From Albugo candida (taxonomy: Eukaryota), in the NCBI GenBank assembly GCA_040437565.1, contig JBDOQK010000050.1, positions 1 to 64,000 of the forward strand: a stretch of DNA of 64,000 nucleotides, read 5' to 3'. Of this stretch, positions 35,611-47,509 are shown piece after piece; within the stretch, counting starts at the first letter, position 1, and each line of letters starts with the position of its first letter. The translations under genes and the position numbers were made by a program. A model generated the notes under the pieces. The model was not told where the DNA came from. It saw only the letters and a list, made by a program, of their open reading frames with translations, and ran no database searches.

Positions 35611-38030
35611 GAGAATTTCATTAGCTGGATACTGTGCTATGTATTGCTTTGATTGTCCAAACAAAGCACTCGGAAAGCCTGAGGGCGTTTTGGCGCTTAC
35701 AAAGTATCTAAATGCGCTCTTTATACTTGTCAAGACAAGAAGATGGAAGTATTTCCTTGATTGTATGCAGACTTTGCTGTTGCATGTAAGTGAGGATAAA
35801 AAAATGGTGTTAGTACAGTATTTATTCTTACTCTTTCTGTATGAAGGAAGCTAATGCTTTCTCAACACACACAGCTTTGAAAAGGAGCGTACGTGAGGTT
35901 GTCTGTTTGTTTCGAGTTTTCGGGCAGGAAAGCAGGGACGTACTAACGTCTTTGAAGAAGTCACTTCAACTACTCGACAGACCACACATCGACACAGAAT
36001 GTATTACCAACTCGTTTGTGTCTTTGTATAACCGGATCTCGGAAGTGTATGGCTTGGCTAGAATACCAAAACGCCAAACGCTGCACAATATGCAATTGTG
36101 TTTTATCAAATGGGACTCGGTGTTTCGTTATGGAAACGCAACTCATCATATAGCAAAAGTAACAGTATTATCTATCGATCGGCTGCATGGATATGTATTA
36201 CTGCCAAATGCAATTGATACTCGGCAGTGTGATATCGCAACTCAGAAAAAATCGGTTTCTATGGCATCACGGGGTCGTACTCTTTCGAGAAAAAATGGTA
36301 GAGAGGTCATAAATCATCTGTGTGCAGCATTATCGCTCAACAAAATCAGCCCAACTCTCTTTTATGGCGAACAAAAGCTATTTTCAACAAATTGTGACCA
36401 TCAACACGATGGTAATAAGAAAGGAGCAACCGCTGATTCGGATGACGGGAAGGATGTTCCCAGTACACAATCGGAAGCTATCGTTCACGAAGGAAATAGT
36501 CTTGATTGTAGTGATGCAAAAGCATGTCGGGATTCCGATAGAAATAGTGATTGCAGCCGTCAGGAAGACGAGATGGATGGATACAGTAGTAGCAGTAATA
36601 GTTCTTCTTGTACCAGCGGTGATAATTCAAGTAGTAGTAGCAGTAGCAGCAACACCAGCAATAGTAGTGATAGCAGTCAAAGTATAAGACGGAGGAAAAA
36701 AAGCAGTAAATCGTCCTCAGCTTCCAGTAATGATCGTCAAGACAACGATACAACGCAAATCGGAAGTGTAAAAAGGCTTGGAATAGAAGTCACCAGCACA
36801 AGAAGTCCCACTATTGTTCAAGAGGTGACACATGTCGATGTGGATGCCGATACCCTGTCAGAAAGTAGCGGGGATGCTGACGACGAGTTCGAGTCAGACT
36901 GTGAAGAGATGTATCCTCTTTTACCGCCAGCTCCCGTGGACCAATTAGTATTGCCATGGAAGCAATATAAACGGCAGCAACTCGACAATCTCCTGACCCA
37001 AAATCGAAATGACATGATAGAAGCCATTGTACGACGACGCGAGTCTCAGGTATGCAATGTTTCTCCAAAGTCTACGAGCAAGAAAAATCTAGTACCAGCA
37101 AATAACGAGGGAGGATCCATAAGCCAAAGTCGTCATGAAGCCGTATATGACTCGAGCACTTGGATCATGGAATGCTCGTGTGGTTTTGGCGGCGTTGGCG
37201 TTGATGACGGCAAACTTTTGGTAGAATGTGAAAAGTGTAAGCATTGGGTACACATGAAATGCGCAAAGCAACGATTGGGTTTTGAAGGTGACAATGAATT
37301 ACCAGAACCTTTTTACTGCTTTGAATGTGAATGGATTGTCGACTGCAGTTGTGGTGTACATTGTATGAACTATGATGACTACCAACGAATGATTCAGTGT
37401 GACAAATGCTCGTCATGGCAGCACACATTTTGTGCCGGCATTTTGGACATTGAAGAACCACCCAGCAGCTACAACTGCTCCAAATGCGTATCACTCGAAT
37501 CGAAAGATCTCTCTTCAGCATCGACGCCGGTAACTCGTACGAAAAGTCCAGCTGACGAAAACGGCGTCGCGGGCAAACAACATGACAATGTGAATATAAC
37601 TCCACAAGGAAAAGGACGTCAGACTCACAACAAGCACCGAAACGCATCGATGCTTCCTCTGTCATCAAATCATAGAAACGACGATAGCCGTCAGAATGAA
37701 CCGAATTCGTCAACAAAGACGACTAGTGTTGGAAATACTGGCACGTCTTGCCCAATGCCCAGTGATTCAAACAAAAGAATGCGTGCTGATGCGAAAGTGA
37801 ATGCAACTGCTCAAAGACGAGCGAACGGAAGTAAAGCTGCAAAAGCAAACTCAGAGTTGGAAGAACATGCTTCGCGATCAAACACGTTGCAGAGCGCAAC
37901 AAAATGCACATCGGAAGGCGTACAAAAGCGCTCAAAGAGCGGTACGACACGACCCGTACATTTAAAACGAAGAGGAAGTGTGCATGCGCGATTAGAGCAG
38001 AAATTGAAACAAAGACGTAAAAAGACTTGA
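35611..38030 (+). CDS. Tandem PHD-finger nuclear protein (5' end unresolved; intron 35786-35846)
   Basis: Two adjacent C4HC3 fingers (ECSCG...VECEKCKHWVHMKC...FYCFEC and DCSCG...MIQCDKCSSWQHTFC...YNCSKC), a Ser-rich tract and basic NLS-like segments. Confidence 0.85.
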
Positions 38031-40113
38031 ACAATTTCTGATTCAAGTCCAAGGATAAAATGAGCTGAACAGAATTGAGCCAAACAGAGTGTAAAGTATA
38101 AAGTATCCAATGACACCAATGAAAAAGCTTCTTCGTATAAACCATTCTTGCGACTTTGTGGAGTCTATGAAAAGGATGGCAGGGATCCAGTAAAATGGAG
38201 GGCAGGCGCACAAAAGGCGAGTGATAACTTGGACGTGGACAACCAAAAGACCATTTAGGAGTAAAAATGCCCAATGGATACAGTATACATTCATTCTCGA
38301 TGTCCAAAATGTCGATATAAAAAGTTGTCTTCGGAAGAACCGATAAAGAGCCAAAATACTAAGTGAGACTGCTGGAGATGCGAGGAGGAAATTTGGGAGT
38401 TGTTTCCATTGATAATATCGGAAAAGGCCGACGTTCCAGTACTCTTTCTGAATAAACATGTACATTGCCGAATAATTGAGCAATGCTGAATCACACCAAG
38501 GTCGATCGTGCAAGGCGTGATCTGTCTTACGCCGTTGGTCGAAGATGACATGAAAAGATGGACAATAATTCCAAATACCATATGAAAAGTATGCGAGTTG
38601 TGGGCCGACAGCAATCAGCAGCATAAGTGCTGTAAGGATCCAATATCTACAGAAACGTCCAAAGTTCGTGCAGAGTGGTGTAGCAGACAAACGATACCNN
38701 NNNNNNNNNNNNNNNNNNNNNNNNNNNNNNNNNNNNNNNNNNNNNNNNNNNNNNNNNNNNNNNNNNNNNNNNNNNNNNNNNNNNNNNNNNNNNNNNNNAA
38801 CGAATGATTCAGTGTGACAAATGCTCGTCATGGCAGCACACATTTTGTGCCGGCATTTTGGACACTGAAGAACCACCCAGCAGCTACAACTGCTCCAAAT
38901 GCGTATCACTCGAATCGAAAGATCTCTCTTCAGCATCGACGCCGGTAACTCGTACGAAAAGTCCAGCTGACGAAAACGGCGTCGCGGGCAAACAACATGA
39001 CAATGTGAATATAACTCCACAAGGAAAAGGACGTCAGACTCACAACAAGCACCGAAACGCATCGATGCTTCCTCTGTCATCAAATCATAGAAACGACGAT
39101 AGCCGTCAGAATGAACCGAATTCGTCAACAAAGACGACTAGTGTTGGAAATACTGGCACGTCTTGCCCAATGCCCAGTGATTCAAACAAAAGAATGCGTG
39201 CTGATGCGAAAGTGAATGCAACTGCTCAAAGACGAGCGAACGGAAGTAAAGCTGCAAAAGCAAACTCAGAGTTGGAAGAACATGCTTCGCGATCAAACAC
39301 GTTGCAGAGCGCAACAAAATGCACATCGGAAGGCGTACAAAAGCGCTCAAAGAGCGGTACGACACGACCCGTACATTTAAAACGAAGAGGAAGTGTGCAT
39401 GCGCGATTAGAGCAGAAATTGAAACAAAGACGTAAAAAGACTTGAACAATTTCTGATTCAAGTCCAAGGATAAAATGAGCTGAACAGAATTGAGCCAAAC
39501 AGAGTGTAAAGTATAAAGTATCCAATGACACCAATGAAAAAGCTTCTTCGTATAAACCATTCTTGCGACTTTGTGGAGTCTATGAAAAGGATGGCAGGGA
39601 TCCAGTAAAATGGAGGGCAGGCGCACAAAAGGCGAGTGATAACTTGGACGTGGACAACCAAAAGACCATTTAGGAGTAAAAATGCCCAATGGATACAGTA
39701 TACATTCATTCTCGATGTCCAAAATGTCGATATAAAAAGTTGTCTTCGGAAGAACCGATAAAGAGCCAAAATACTAAGTGAGACTGCTGGAGATGCGAGG
39801 AGGAAATTTGGGAGTTGTTTCCATTGATAATATCGGAAAAGGCCGACGTTCCAGTACTCTTTCTGAATAAACATGTACATTGCCGAATAATTGAGCAATG
39901 CTGAATCACACCAAGGTCGATCGTGCAAGGCGTGATCTGTCTTACGCCGTTGGTCGAAGATGACATGAAAAGATGGACAATAATTCCAAATACCATATGA
40001 AAAGTATGCGAGTTGTGGGCCGACAGCAATCAGCAGCATAAGTGCTGTAAGGATCCAATATCTACAGAAACGTCCAAAGTTCGTGCAGAGTGGTGTAGCA
40101 GACAAACGATACC
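37384..40113. repeat. Gap-flanking duplication (37384-38698 vs 38799-40113)
   Basis: 1415-bp offset with one visible SNP (ILDIEE vs ILDTEE). It creates false second copies of the PHD and PIG-V 3' ends. Confidence 0.93.
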
Positions 40114-41073
40114 ACGCAAGGTATACTGCCATGAGATAGTATGTGTGTGAACTTTGATAGAGCTGCGTGAAGAAGAACCACTTACGTGAAAGGAGAATCC
40201 CATTCGACCGCGTGACTGAGGCACACCCAAATAGAATTGCACAGACCCAAAGATAAGTCTGATCGACCGGTCGGTTTGTTTGTAGCTGTTCTTTGGTCTT
40301 TTGTTTATGTTTTTCGATACAGTAAAATCCAGCAAAGCTGAATAAACACATTGTACTAACGTAAACGATCATCAGTGAGATATCGACACTTTTTGATATC
40401 TCACTCACCTCTCACTGTATAGGGAAGACATGAAGATACTCGATGGTGAGATACAGAAAAGGTACGCGCCGGTCCGGGCGATTCTTTCAGCGTATTGCTT
40501 TCTCGCCTTTGCACCCTCAAATATCAATTTTCCAAGACGATACAAAAAGACTGCCGCCATAACAAACGCTGCATTGCTGCCATACATACAGTCAGAGCAC
40601 TGATTCCACGTTTTCATAACGCTGACCTAATGATCCAGCCGCACGCCACATAGATTTCAGGAAAAGTGCGGTGAGTGTCTTGATCAAAGGCCGATGATAG
40701 ATAGATGGGAATAGCGCTACAAAAGAGTTGCGTTATTCCGTGCGAAAATGAGTGCAGTATTGAGAGTGATAAATACTCAAACAGGCTGCATGGTAATGCG
40801 ATCATACCTCAATGATCGTACTGCGAGAGGATACAGCGGGAAAAATGCGTGACTGTGCTCGTAGCTGTATCCATTTTGAGCAATGTGTAAGAAATGCACG
40901 CCATCCCACGACGCAAACGCCTGAAGGAATCGCAAATGACTGCTTTTGAATAAAAGGTGAGTCGACGTGTCGAATGGATCTATAAGTGCATGCGTTGCGA
41001 TTGCCAAAACTGTGACTACAAAGCGACTTGCAATCGCAAAACGCAAAATGTTGCGCTCTTTGTCGTCGAGCAT
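39458..41073 (-). CDS. PIGV: GPI mannosyltransferase II, multi-exon
   Basis: FASWDGVHFLHIAQNGYSYEHSHAFFPLYP, SPSSIFMSSLYSE, TRSNGIL, YWNVGLFRYYQWKQLPNFLLASP, VQVITRLL and the C-terminal FYPWT. Confidence 0.95.
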
Positions 41074-41223
41074 TAAAGCTATTTTTGTAATTTATATGAA
41101 ATGCCTTGAATCAATTAAAAGGCGTAAAGCAATGCAAGAAGGCAACACGCACTGCGATAATACACGCGTTACGCGCCCAAATCAGCACACTACCACCTTG
41201 TAAATACTTGTTCATCTCTTTCC

Positions 41224-42912
41224 CTATACATCGTCACCAAACACCACATCAAGTGATGTTGTCGACGTCCGACAGCTGTACTCTGACACTAAAGACTTGC
41301 GAAGCATCAAATGCGGACTGAACGAAGATCCGGCACGATAACGCCATGTTTTCGAGCAAAGGGAGCATATACGAACAGCCATAATGCCAATGCTAAACTC
41401 AACCTCCAACTTGGGACAGCAAGTCGAGCAGCAGACTTCCCCGCAAACACGACAATGATGCCGACGTCGCGATAATGTGAATTTCACGCAACAGTTTTTA
41501 CAGTTTACTCGGTCGATATTTGGAATCCAACCGATTTGCTGCTGCACAGTTAATGTTTTTGCAAAATGTCGACTTTTCAAAATGTCTTCGAGCTTTGCGA
41601 TTTTGAGACAAAGATGACGAAGTTTTGTGCGATGTATATTGTGGGCCATATCGGCTCTCTCGATGATCGAGGCGACAAATTGTACTTCGATGTATCCTGG
41701 TCTGTTTTTCGCTTCACGTACCATGATTCCTGTCGGTTGTAAACACATTGTCTTCACAACACCTGTGATTCGATTTGTGACCGCTTGGAATTGAGGTGCA
41801 TGTGTCGAGAGCATCACTCGTACATACATTGGTCCATTATCATCCTGCGGATCCCAGTCATTGATCACGACGCAGTCATAATCTAACAGACAGTATTGGA
41901 CCCGTGTACTGAACATCCTTCCGCTTTTTTCTGCCTGGATCCATTTCACATGTAAATTGCCCGAGTATCCCGACACTGTATCGACCTCCTTACAATGTAT
42001 CTCTTCCAATTTTTTGCGGCGTTGCAGTATGCGGTCGTGAGCGACGGCATGTCTACAAGACATCTCAGAGAAAGCTCTCTGTCGTTTGGATAGCGTTACT
42101 TTTGTCGCATTTTCGTTACTTTTGGCATTGACATTCACTTTTGATTGGGAGAGATGCTGTGGTCGTTGTTTTTTTTTCCGTCGATAAAGCACTTCCGTAC
42201 GCGTTGCTTTGACCCCAACAAGTGTTTGCATTGTCACTTCCATATCACTGACATCCGATGTGATTATCAATTGAATCATTTCCTCCAAATTCGCAGGAAT
42301 GAGCACAGCGCTTTTCACAAAATATTGCTGCAACACATTGGACTCCATTTCCTGGCCACTTTTGCCCAATGTTTTCTCATTTGTTTGTTCGCCACTTTCA
42401 TCAGACGTACCGCCCACAGAAGTATCCGTTTTGAATGCCTCGTTGATAGCTCTCAACGTTTTATTCTTTCCCGGTTTTTGAATCCTCGACAGCTCTAAAG
42501 TGTTGTGTACTGAATTCCACAGTGAGATGCTGCCGTTCACTGCACACGTTCGATGCTTTACAGAAGTTACACAGCCTCCCTTTGATGCCATTTTGTGCCC
42601 AATGTCGCCATTCGCAATCGATTTCCAATTCATCGATGCGTCATTTGATAAGCCAAAGCCAAAGAGCGCAAGAGAGGCGCGAGCTTGTGTTTCGAGCTCT
42701 TCTTCCATTGAGAATGGGCAGTTGTATGATTTTGTAAAGAGATTGGATCGTTCCCACGCAGTATCCGCTTTATTCGTAGCAATTCGTAAGCACGCATCCT
42801 TTTCAAAACGAGCGTTCATAGACGAACGTTGAGTGTGCTTTTCACGTGCGATGTTGTCACACGGAACGCTGCGTCCGCGCGGTCGCTCAATAACGTTGAT
42901 ACCCATGGCCAT
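41224..42912 (-). CDS. Oomycete-type START-like plus FYVE-finger protein
   Basis: C-terminal WIPN...CKNC...FTLSRRRHHCRVCGEVCCSTC...RICSLC. The upstream region (LHVKW...QYCLLDY...TGIMVRE) is START-like by inference. First ATG at 42912. Confidence 0.88.
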   Translation of the reverse strand: MAMGINVIERPRGRSVPCDNIAREKHTQRSSMNARFEKDACLRIATNKADTAWERSNLFTKSYNCPFSMEEELETQARASLALFGFGLSNDASMNWKSIANGDIGHKMASKGGCVTSVKHRTCAVNGSISLWNSVHNTLELSRIQKPGKNKTLRAINEAFKTDTSVGGTSDESGEQTNEKTLGKSGQEMESNVLQQYFVKSAVLIPANLEEMIQLIITSDVSDMEVTMQTLVGVKATRTEVLYRRKKKQRPQHLSQSKVNVNAKSNENATKVTLSKRQRAFSEMSCRHAVAHDRILQRRKKLEEIHCKEVDTVSGYSGNLHVKWIQAEKSGRMFSTRVQYCLLDYDCVVINDWDPQDDNGPMYVRVMLSTHAPQFQAVTNRITGVVKTMCLQPTGIMVREAKNRPGYIEVQFVASIIERADMAHNIHRTKLRHLCLKIAKLEDILKSRHFAKTLTVQQQIGWIPNIDRVNCKNCCVKFTLSRRRHHCRVCGEVCCSTCCPKLEVEFSIGIMAVRICSLCSKTWRYRAGSSFSPHLMLRKSLVSEYSCRTSTTSLDVVFGDDV

Positions 42913-44437
42913 CGACCGATTGCGGTAATTGTGTATTCTCAATCTCTCTGCCAGCGGAAAAACGACACAGTTGGATTATTCTTAACAATCTCACCCTACC
43001 CGAAATGGTTTTTCGCCGCATATAGAACTGTACCCGTAAACGATCTGTTCGCAATCGAATATCAGGTGAAATGGAGAAATGGTGAGATGGCATTTTTGCA
43101 GTTGACACTCCTAAGAGGTCGAAAAGGTATCATTAGCGATAGCGGAGAATCGGAACGGTAAAAGAGCGCTTTTAATGTGAGAATAGAATGCGTTTCACCT
43201 TTACGGTCTGAAATGGAAATATTGTTTTATAAAATTGGACTATAGCGCTTCTACAAAAGTCATCAGATCGGCATTGTCGCCATTATCGTCGTTGTGTGAC
43301 GTATCATTTTCCGTTGTGTTTCCTGAATTCGCGTTAGAAGATCCATTGTTTCCATTGGAAGAAGCGGAATTACTTCCCAACGAATTGTGATATTGTGATT
43401 GAGATGCTGCTGCATTCGACGAAGTGTCCTGACCGTCATAATTCAATCCGGTTCCGTCGATATCGAGAAACTCCAAATCCGCAGAATTGGAAAAGCCCGT
43501 TGGAGACAATTCGTTGGAAAATCCCATCGAGTAATTGATCAAAGAGCCCGATGGATTATTATTCGCTGCATTCGTGGAGCCGGCTGAATTCGTATTGGNN
43601 NNNNNNNNNNNNNNNNNNNNNNNNNNNNNNNNNNNNNNNNNNNNNNNNNNNNNNNNNNNNNNNNNNNNNNNNNNNNNNNNNNNNNNNNNNNNNNNNNNCA
43701 CGGAACGCTGCGTCCGCGCGGTCGCTCAATAACGTTGATACCCATGGCCATCGACCGATTGCGGTAATTGTGTATTCTCAATCTCTCTGCCAGCGGAAAA
43801 ACGACACAGTTGGATTATTCTTAACAATCTCACCCTACCCGAAATGGTTTTTCGCCGCATATAGAACTGTACCCGTAAACGATCTGTTCGCAATCGAATA
43901 TCAGGTGAAATGGAGAAATGGTGAGATGGCATTTTTGCAGTTGACACTCCTAAGAGGTCGAAAAGGTATCATTAGCGATAGCGGAGAATCGGAACGGTAA
44001 AAGAGCGCTTTTAATGTGAGAATAGAATGCGTTTCACCTTTACGGTCTGAAATGGAAATATTGTTTTATAAAATTGGACTATAGCGCTTCTACAAAAGTC
44101 ATCAGATCGGCATTGTCGCCATTATCGTCGTTGTGTGACGTATCATTTTCCGTTGTGTTTCCTGAATTCGCGTTAGAAGATCCATTGTTTCCATTGGAAG
44201 AAGCGGAATTACTTCCCAACGAATTGTGATATTGTGATTGAGATGCTGCTGCATTCGACGAAGTGTCCTGACCGTCATAATTCAATCCGGTTCCGTCGAT
44301 ATCGAGAAACTCCAAATCCGCAGAATTGGAAAAGCCCGTTGGAGACAATTCGTTGGAAAATCCCATCGAGTAATTGATCAAAGAGCCCGATGGATTATTA
44401 TTCGCTGCATTCGTGGAGCCGGCTGAATTCGTATTGG
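42860..44437. repeat. Gap-flanking duplication (42860-43598 = 43699-44437)
   Basis: Identical sequence at an 839-bp offset across the N100. Confidence 0.93.
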
Positions 44438-46302
44438 AAGTGGATGTGGTTGAATTGGTCAAACTTGATGGCATTTGCAAAAGGGAAGAATCCATGGTCG
44501 AGTAATACGAAGAATCATCACTCATCCCGAGACTGAATGTGGTGGAAAGGGATGGACTCTCACTTTGTCGATTGGACGCTGATGACGATTTCGATGTAGA
44601 GTACTGTTGCTGCGTAGTCTGTGATGGAGCATTGGGTGTCGGTGAGGAGGAAGACTGTTGATTCCCGCCAGGATTTTGCTGTTGAGATTGTGAGGTCGAA
44701 GAATTTCGCATCGTATGCGATGATTGTGCTGCTTGTTGATTCGCAGATTGACTCTTATGTTGCAAAAGCTGTTGTCGCTGCATTTGCATCTGCTGTTGTT
44801 GCTGCTGCTGACGTTGAATTTGAAGACGTTGTTGTTGCATTTGCTGCTGCATTTGCTGCTGTCGTTGTTGTTGATACTGATGATTTTGTTGCATTGTGTT
44901 TTGAGATTGCGCGCTCTGCGACTGCTGTTGTCCTTGCTGTGATAATTGGCCAGCATTACCGCTGTTATTGACCATCGCCATCCCATTCATATTCTGATCA
45001 GTGACAGAGATTCCCGTTCCCGAAGGATGTACGCGTTTATCGGTCTCAGATCGCAATTTCTTGAGGTACGGATTCACAATCTTTACGATGTATTTGTATA
45101 CTCTTCCGAGTTCCTCTAATTTGCGTGATTGATGCGTCGATTTGTCTTCATTCAATACGTTGGCACATAATTGGACATAGCTCAATAGATAACGCAATTT
45201 CTTCTTCTGATCGGTTTCGTCTTGATCTTTCATATGATCCACGTATTTTTTGAAAGCATTATGCACCTTCTCCACATCATCACGATACTTCGCCTTCATC
45301 GCGTCATGTTGTCGCCAGTATTCTGCTGCAACATCAGCTGATGATCCATTTCCACCAGCTTGCATTCTTGGCGTCAGATTATCTTTTCCAGCTGAAGACA
45401 TTGTTTGTGAGGACATCGCTACAGGCAGTTGAGCTTTCCCATGTGCTGGTGTTTGACCTGGATACTGACTAGTACCATACGCCCCATGAGGCTGCATTCC
45501 CATCATTCCCTGCGGGCCACCACGCGAGTTGAATGGATTCATATTATTACTATAACACGAGAAATCTAATCGTGACAAAGTACCGCAATTCGGTAAGTTT
45601 TGCATCATCATCGCAGCAGAAGGATCCGTCGGTTGTTGCCTCAAGTGTTTTAATCGATTGAATATCTTTCTGATATACTCTTCCTGTGTGGAAGCATCTT
45701 TGTAGAGTTGTAGCTCGTAACCAGCCACATTCATCCATAATTTGATGCCGGGTGGCGGATCTGTTGACAGCCGAACCATTTCGTTATATCTACAGTCACA
45801 CGTTAATGTCATAGTACACGAAACGCAGTATAAGACAGCGTCCTACATACAGCTTTGCAATCAGATTGGCTCGATGTTCCCGAGTTACTTGGATTCTCCA
45901 GTCGGCTCCGCCCAAGTTCTGCACTGGTACATTTCCCATCCCCATATTTGGTACATTCATTGTACCAGAGTTTGTATTGGTACTTGCCATCGGATGCTGT
46001 TGTCCCATTGGATTCATTTTCATATTCATATTCATCATCGCGGGATTCATATTCATAGAATTCATCATAATGTGCTGTTGCTGGCGCTGTTGATTCGCAT
46101 TGGGTGGGATCATTTGTCCTTGGGATCCTGAATGGACATTGTATCGCCCCGATTGATGCTGCATACCCGTCATTGGATTGATGCCCATACCCATTTGCAT
46201 GGTGGCAGCCATATTGGGATTGCCAGTGTTTGAGACACCCATCGGCATGGAAATAGGCATAGAAATTTGCTGCATCATCGGGTTCATCCCATTCGGATCC
46301 AT
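44079..46302 (-). CDS. MED15: Mediator subunit 15-like KIX-domain, Gln-rich protein (intron 45790-45850)
   Basis: DWRIQVTREHRANLIAKL|YNEM...YELQLYKDASTQEEYIRKIFNRL resembles the plant-type Med15 KIX domain, followed by a second helical block and poly-Q. Confidence 0.7.
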
Positions 46303-47467
46303 TCTTTATGGATTGATATTCCCCTCGCGCTATTTCGAGGCAATTTTGTGAGCGACTTGCTCGATTCTCGTGGAAGCACTGGTAATTTTTCTTCTTCTCG
46401 AGATGTACCTTCGTGCGACATTTCGACGGGATGAGAATGTAACGTAATTCGATGCTGTGGAGATTCCAGTGCGATGGGATAGGATGCGTGATAGGTGATG
46501 AAGGCGGTAGAGTAGGGTGTTCAATTTGACTATAGATTCTATAGGCGTTGCTTCCTGTGACTTGTGAAATTGTAATGCAAAGGAGTAAGACGCAATTGCA
46601 AGATTGCAAAATGGAGTGTAGCGTGCGTTTGCTTAAAAAGCTCATTTTGCAGTGAGATAGGCACATCGACTGACTGCATTGACATACGTACTGACGTTTG
46701 TTTATGAGCCATTTGTCTATCCAATCGAGGTTTCGACGGTACAAATACTTTCTGTAGAAATGGGATGACTATCCAAGACATAGATTCAAATTGTATAACA
46801 AAACGTTACAAAGCGTTGATGTTCTAATCATCTGCATACTAACTCGCATATCATCGCTTTNNNNNNNNNNNNNNNNNNNNNNNNNNNNNNNNNNNNNNNN
46901 NNNNNNNNNNNNNNNNNNNNNNNNNNNNNNNNNNNNNNNNNNNNNNNNNNNNNNNNNNNNGCTTAAAAAGCTCATTTTGCAGTGAGATAGGCACATCGAC
47001 TGACTGCATTGACATACGTACTGACGTTTGTTTATGAGCCATTTGTCTATCCAATCGAGGTTTCGACGGTACAAATACTTTCTGTAGAAATGGGATGACT
47101 ATCCAAGACATAGATTCAAATTGTATAACAAAACGTTACAAAGCGTTGATGTTCTAATCATCTGCATACTAACTCGCATATCATCGCTTTGTCAAGGCAA
47201 TCGTATAGCTGCTCTGAGTACCATGACGCACACCTCAATGCGTCCAACACCTCTCCTCAACTCCCACACGACAGTTATGCACTTGTACAACACAAAAGCA
47301 TTTATATCTAAACAATCACTACTATCCGGCTCCCTTTTACCTATCTGACCAACCGATCTCAACGATCATATTCCAATCCTATTCAGCCTAATTCTCGCAA
47401 AATTACGTTAAGCACCAGCAGAACGCTATCATGAAAAATTGGATGATAAAAAATCGCATCAACTCGA

Positions 47468-47483
47468 CCACTTGTACATTCGC
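47468..47483 (+). promoter_or_regulatory. Possible oomycete INR+FPR core promoter
   Basis: CCACTTGTACATTCGC, about 27 bp upstream of the ATG at 47510, loosely fits the oomycete initiator plus flanking motif. Confidence 0.3.
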
Positions 47484-47509
47484 GAGACATTTCGCATCCA
47501 AAGTAAGGT

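Noticed and set aside
36585..36680. AGT/AGC trinucleotide-like repeat
   Set aside because: It encodes the Ser-rich tract of the PHD protein.
38043..39445. Extra PIG-V/PHD copies and a 362-aa chimeric ORF across Ns
   Set aside because: Produced by the 1415-bp-offset overlap and by translating through the gap.
43240..44000. Duplicate Med15 C-terminus and FYVE gene 5' end
   Set aside because: Exact gap-flanking overlap.
44740..44945. TGC/TGT repeat array and Leu- or Ala/Val-rich plus-strand ORFs
   Set aside because: These are the antisense shadow of the poly-Gln region.
46631..47190. 230-bp direct repeat in the Med15/PWWP divergent promoter
   Set aside because: Exact repeat on either side of an N100; it is an artefact.
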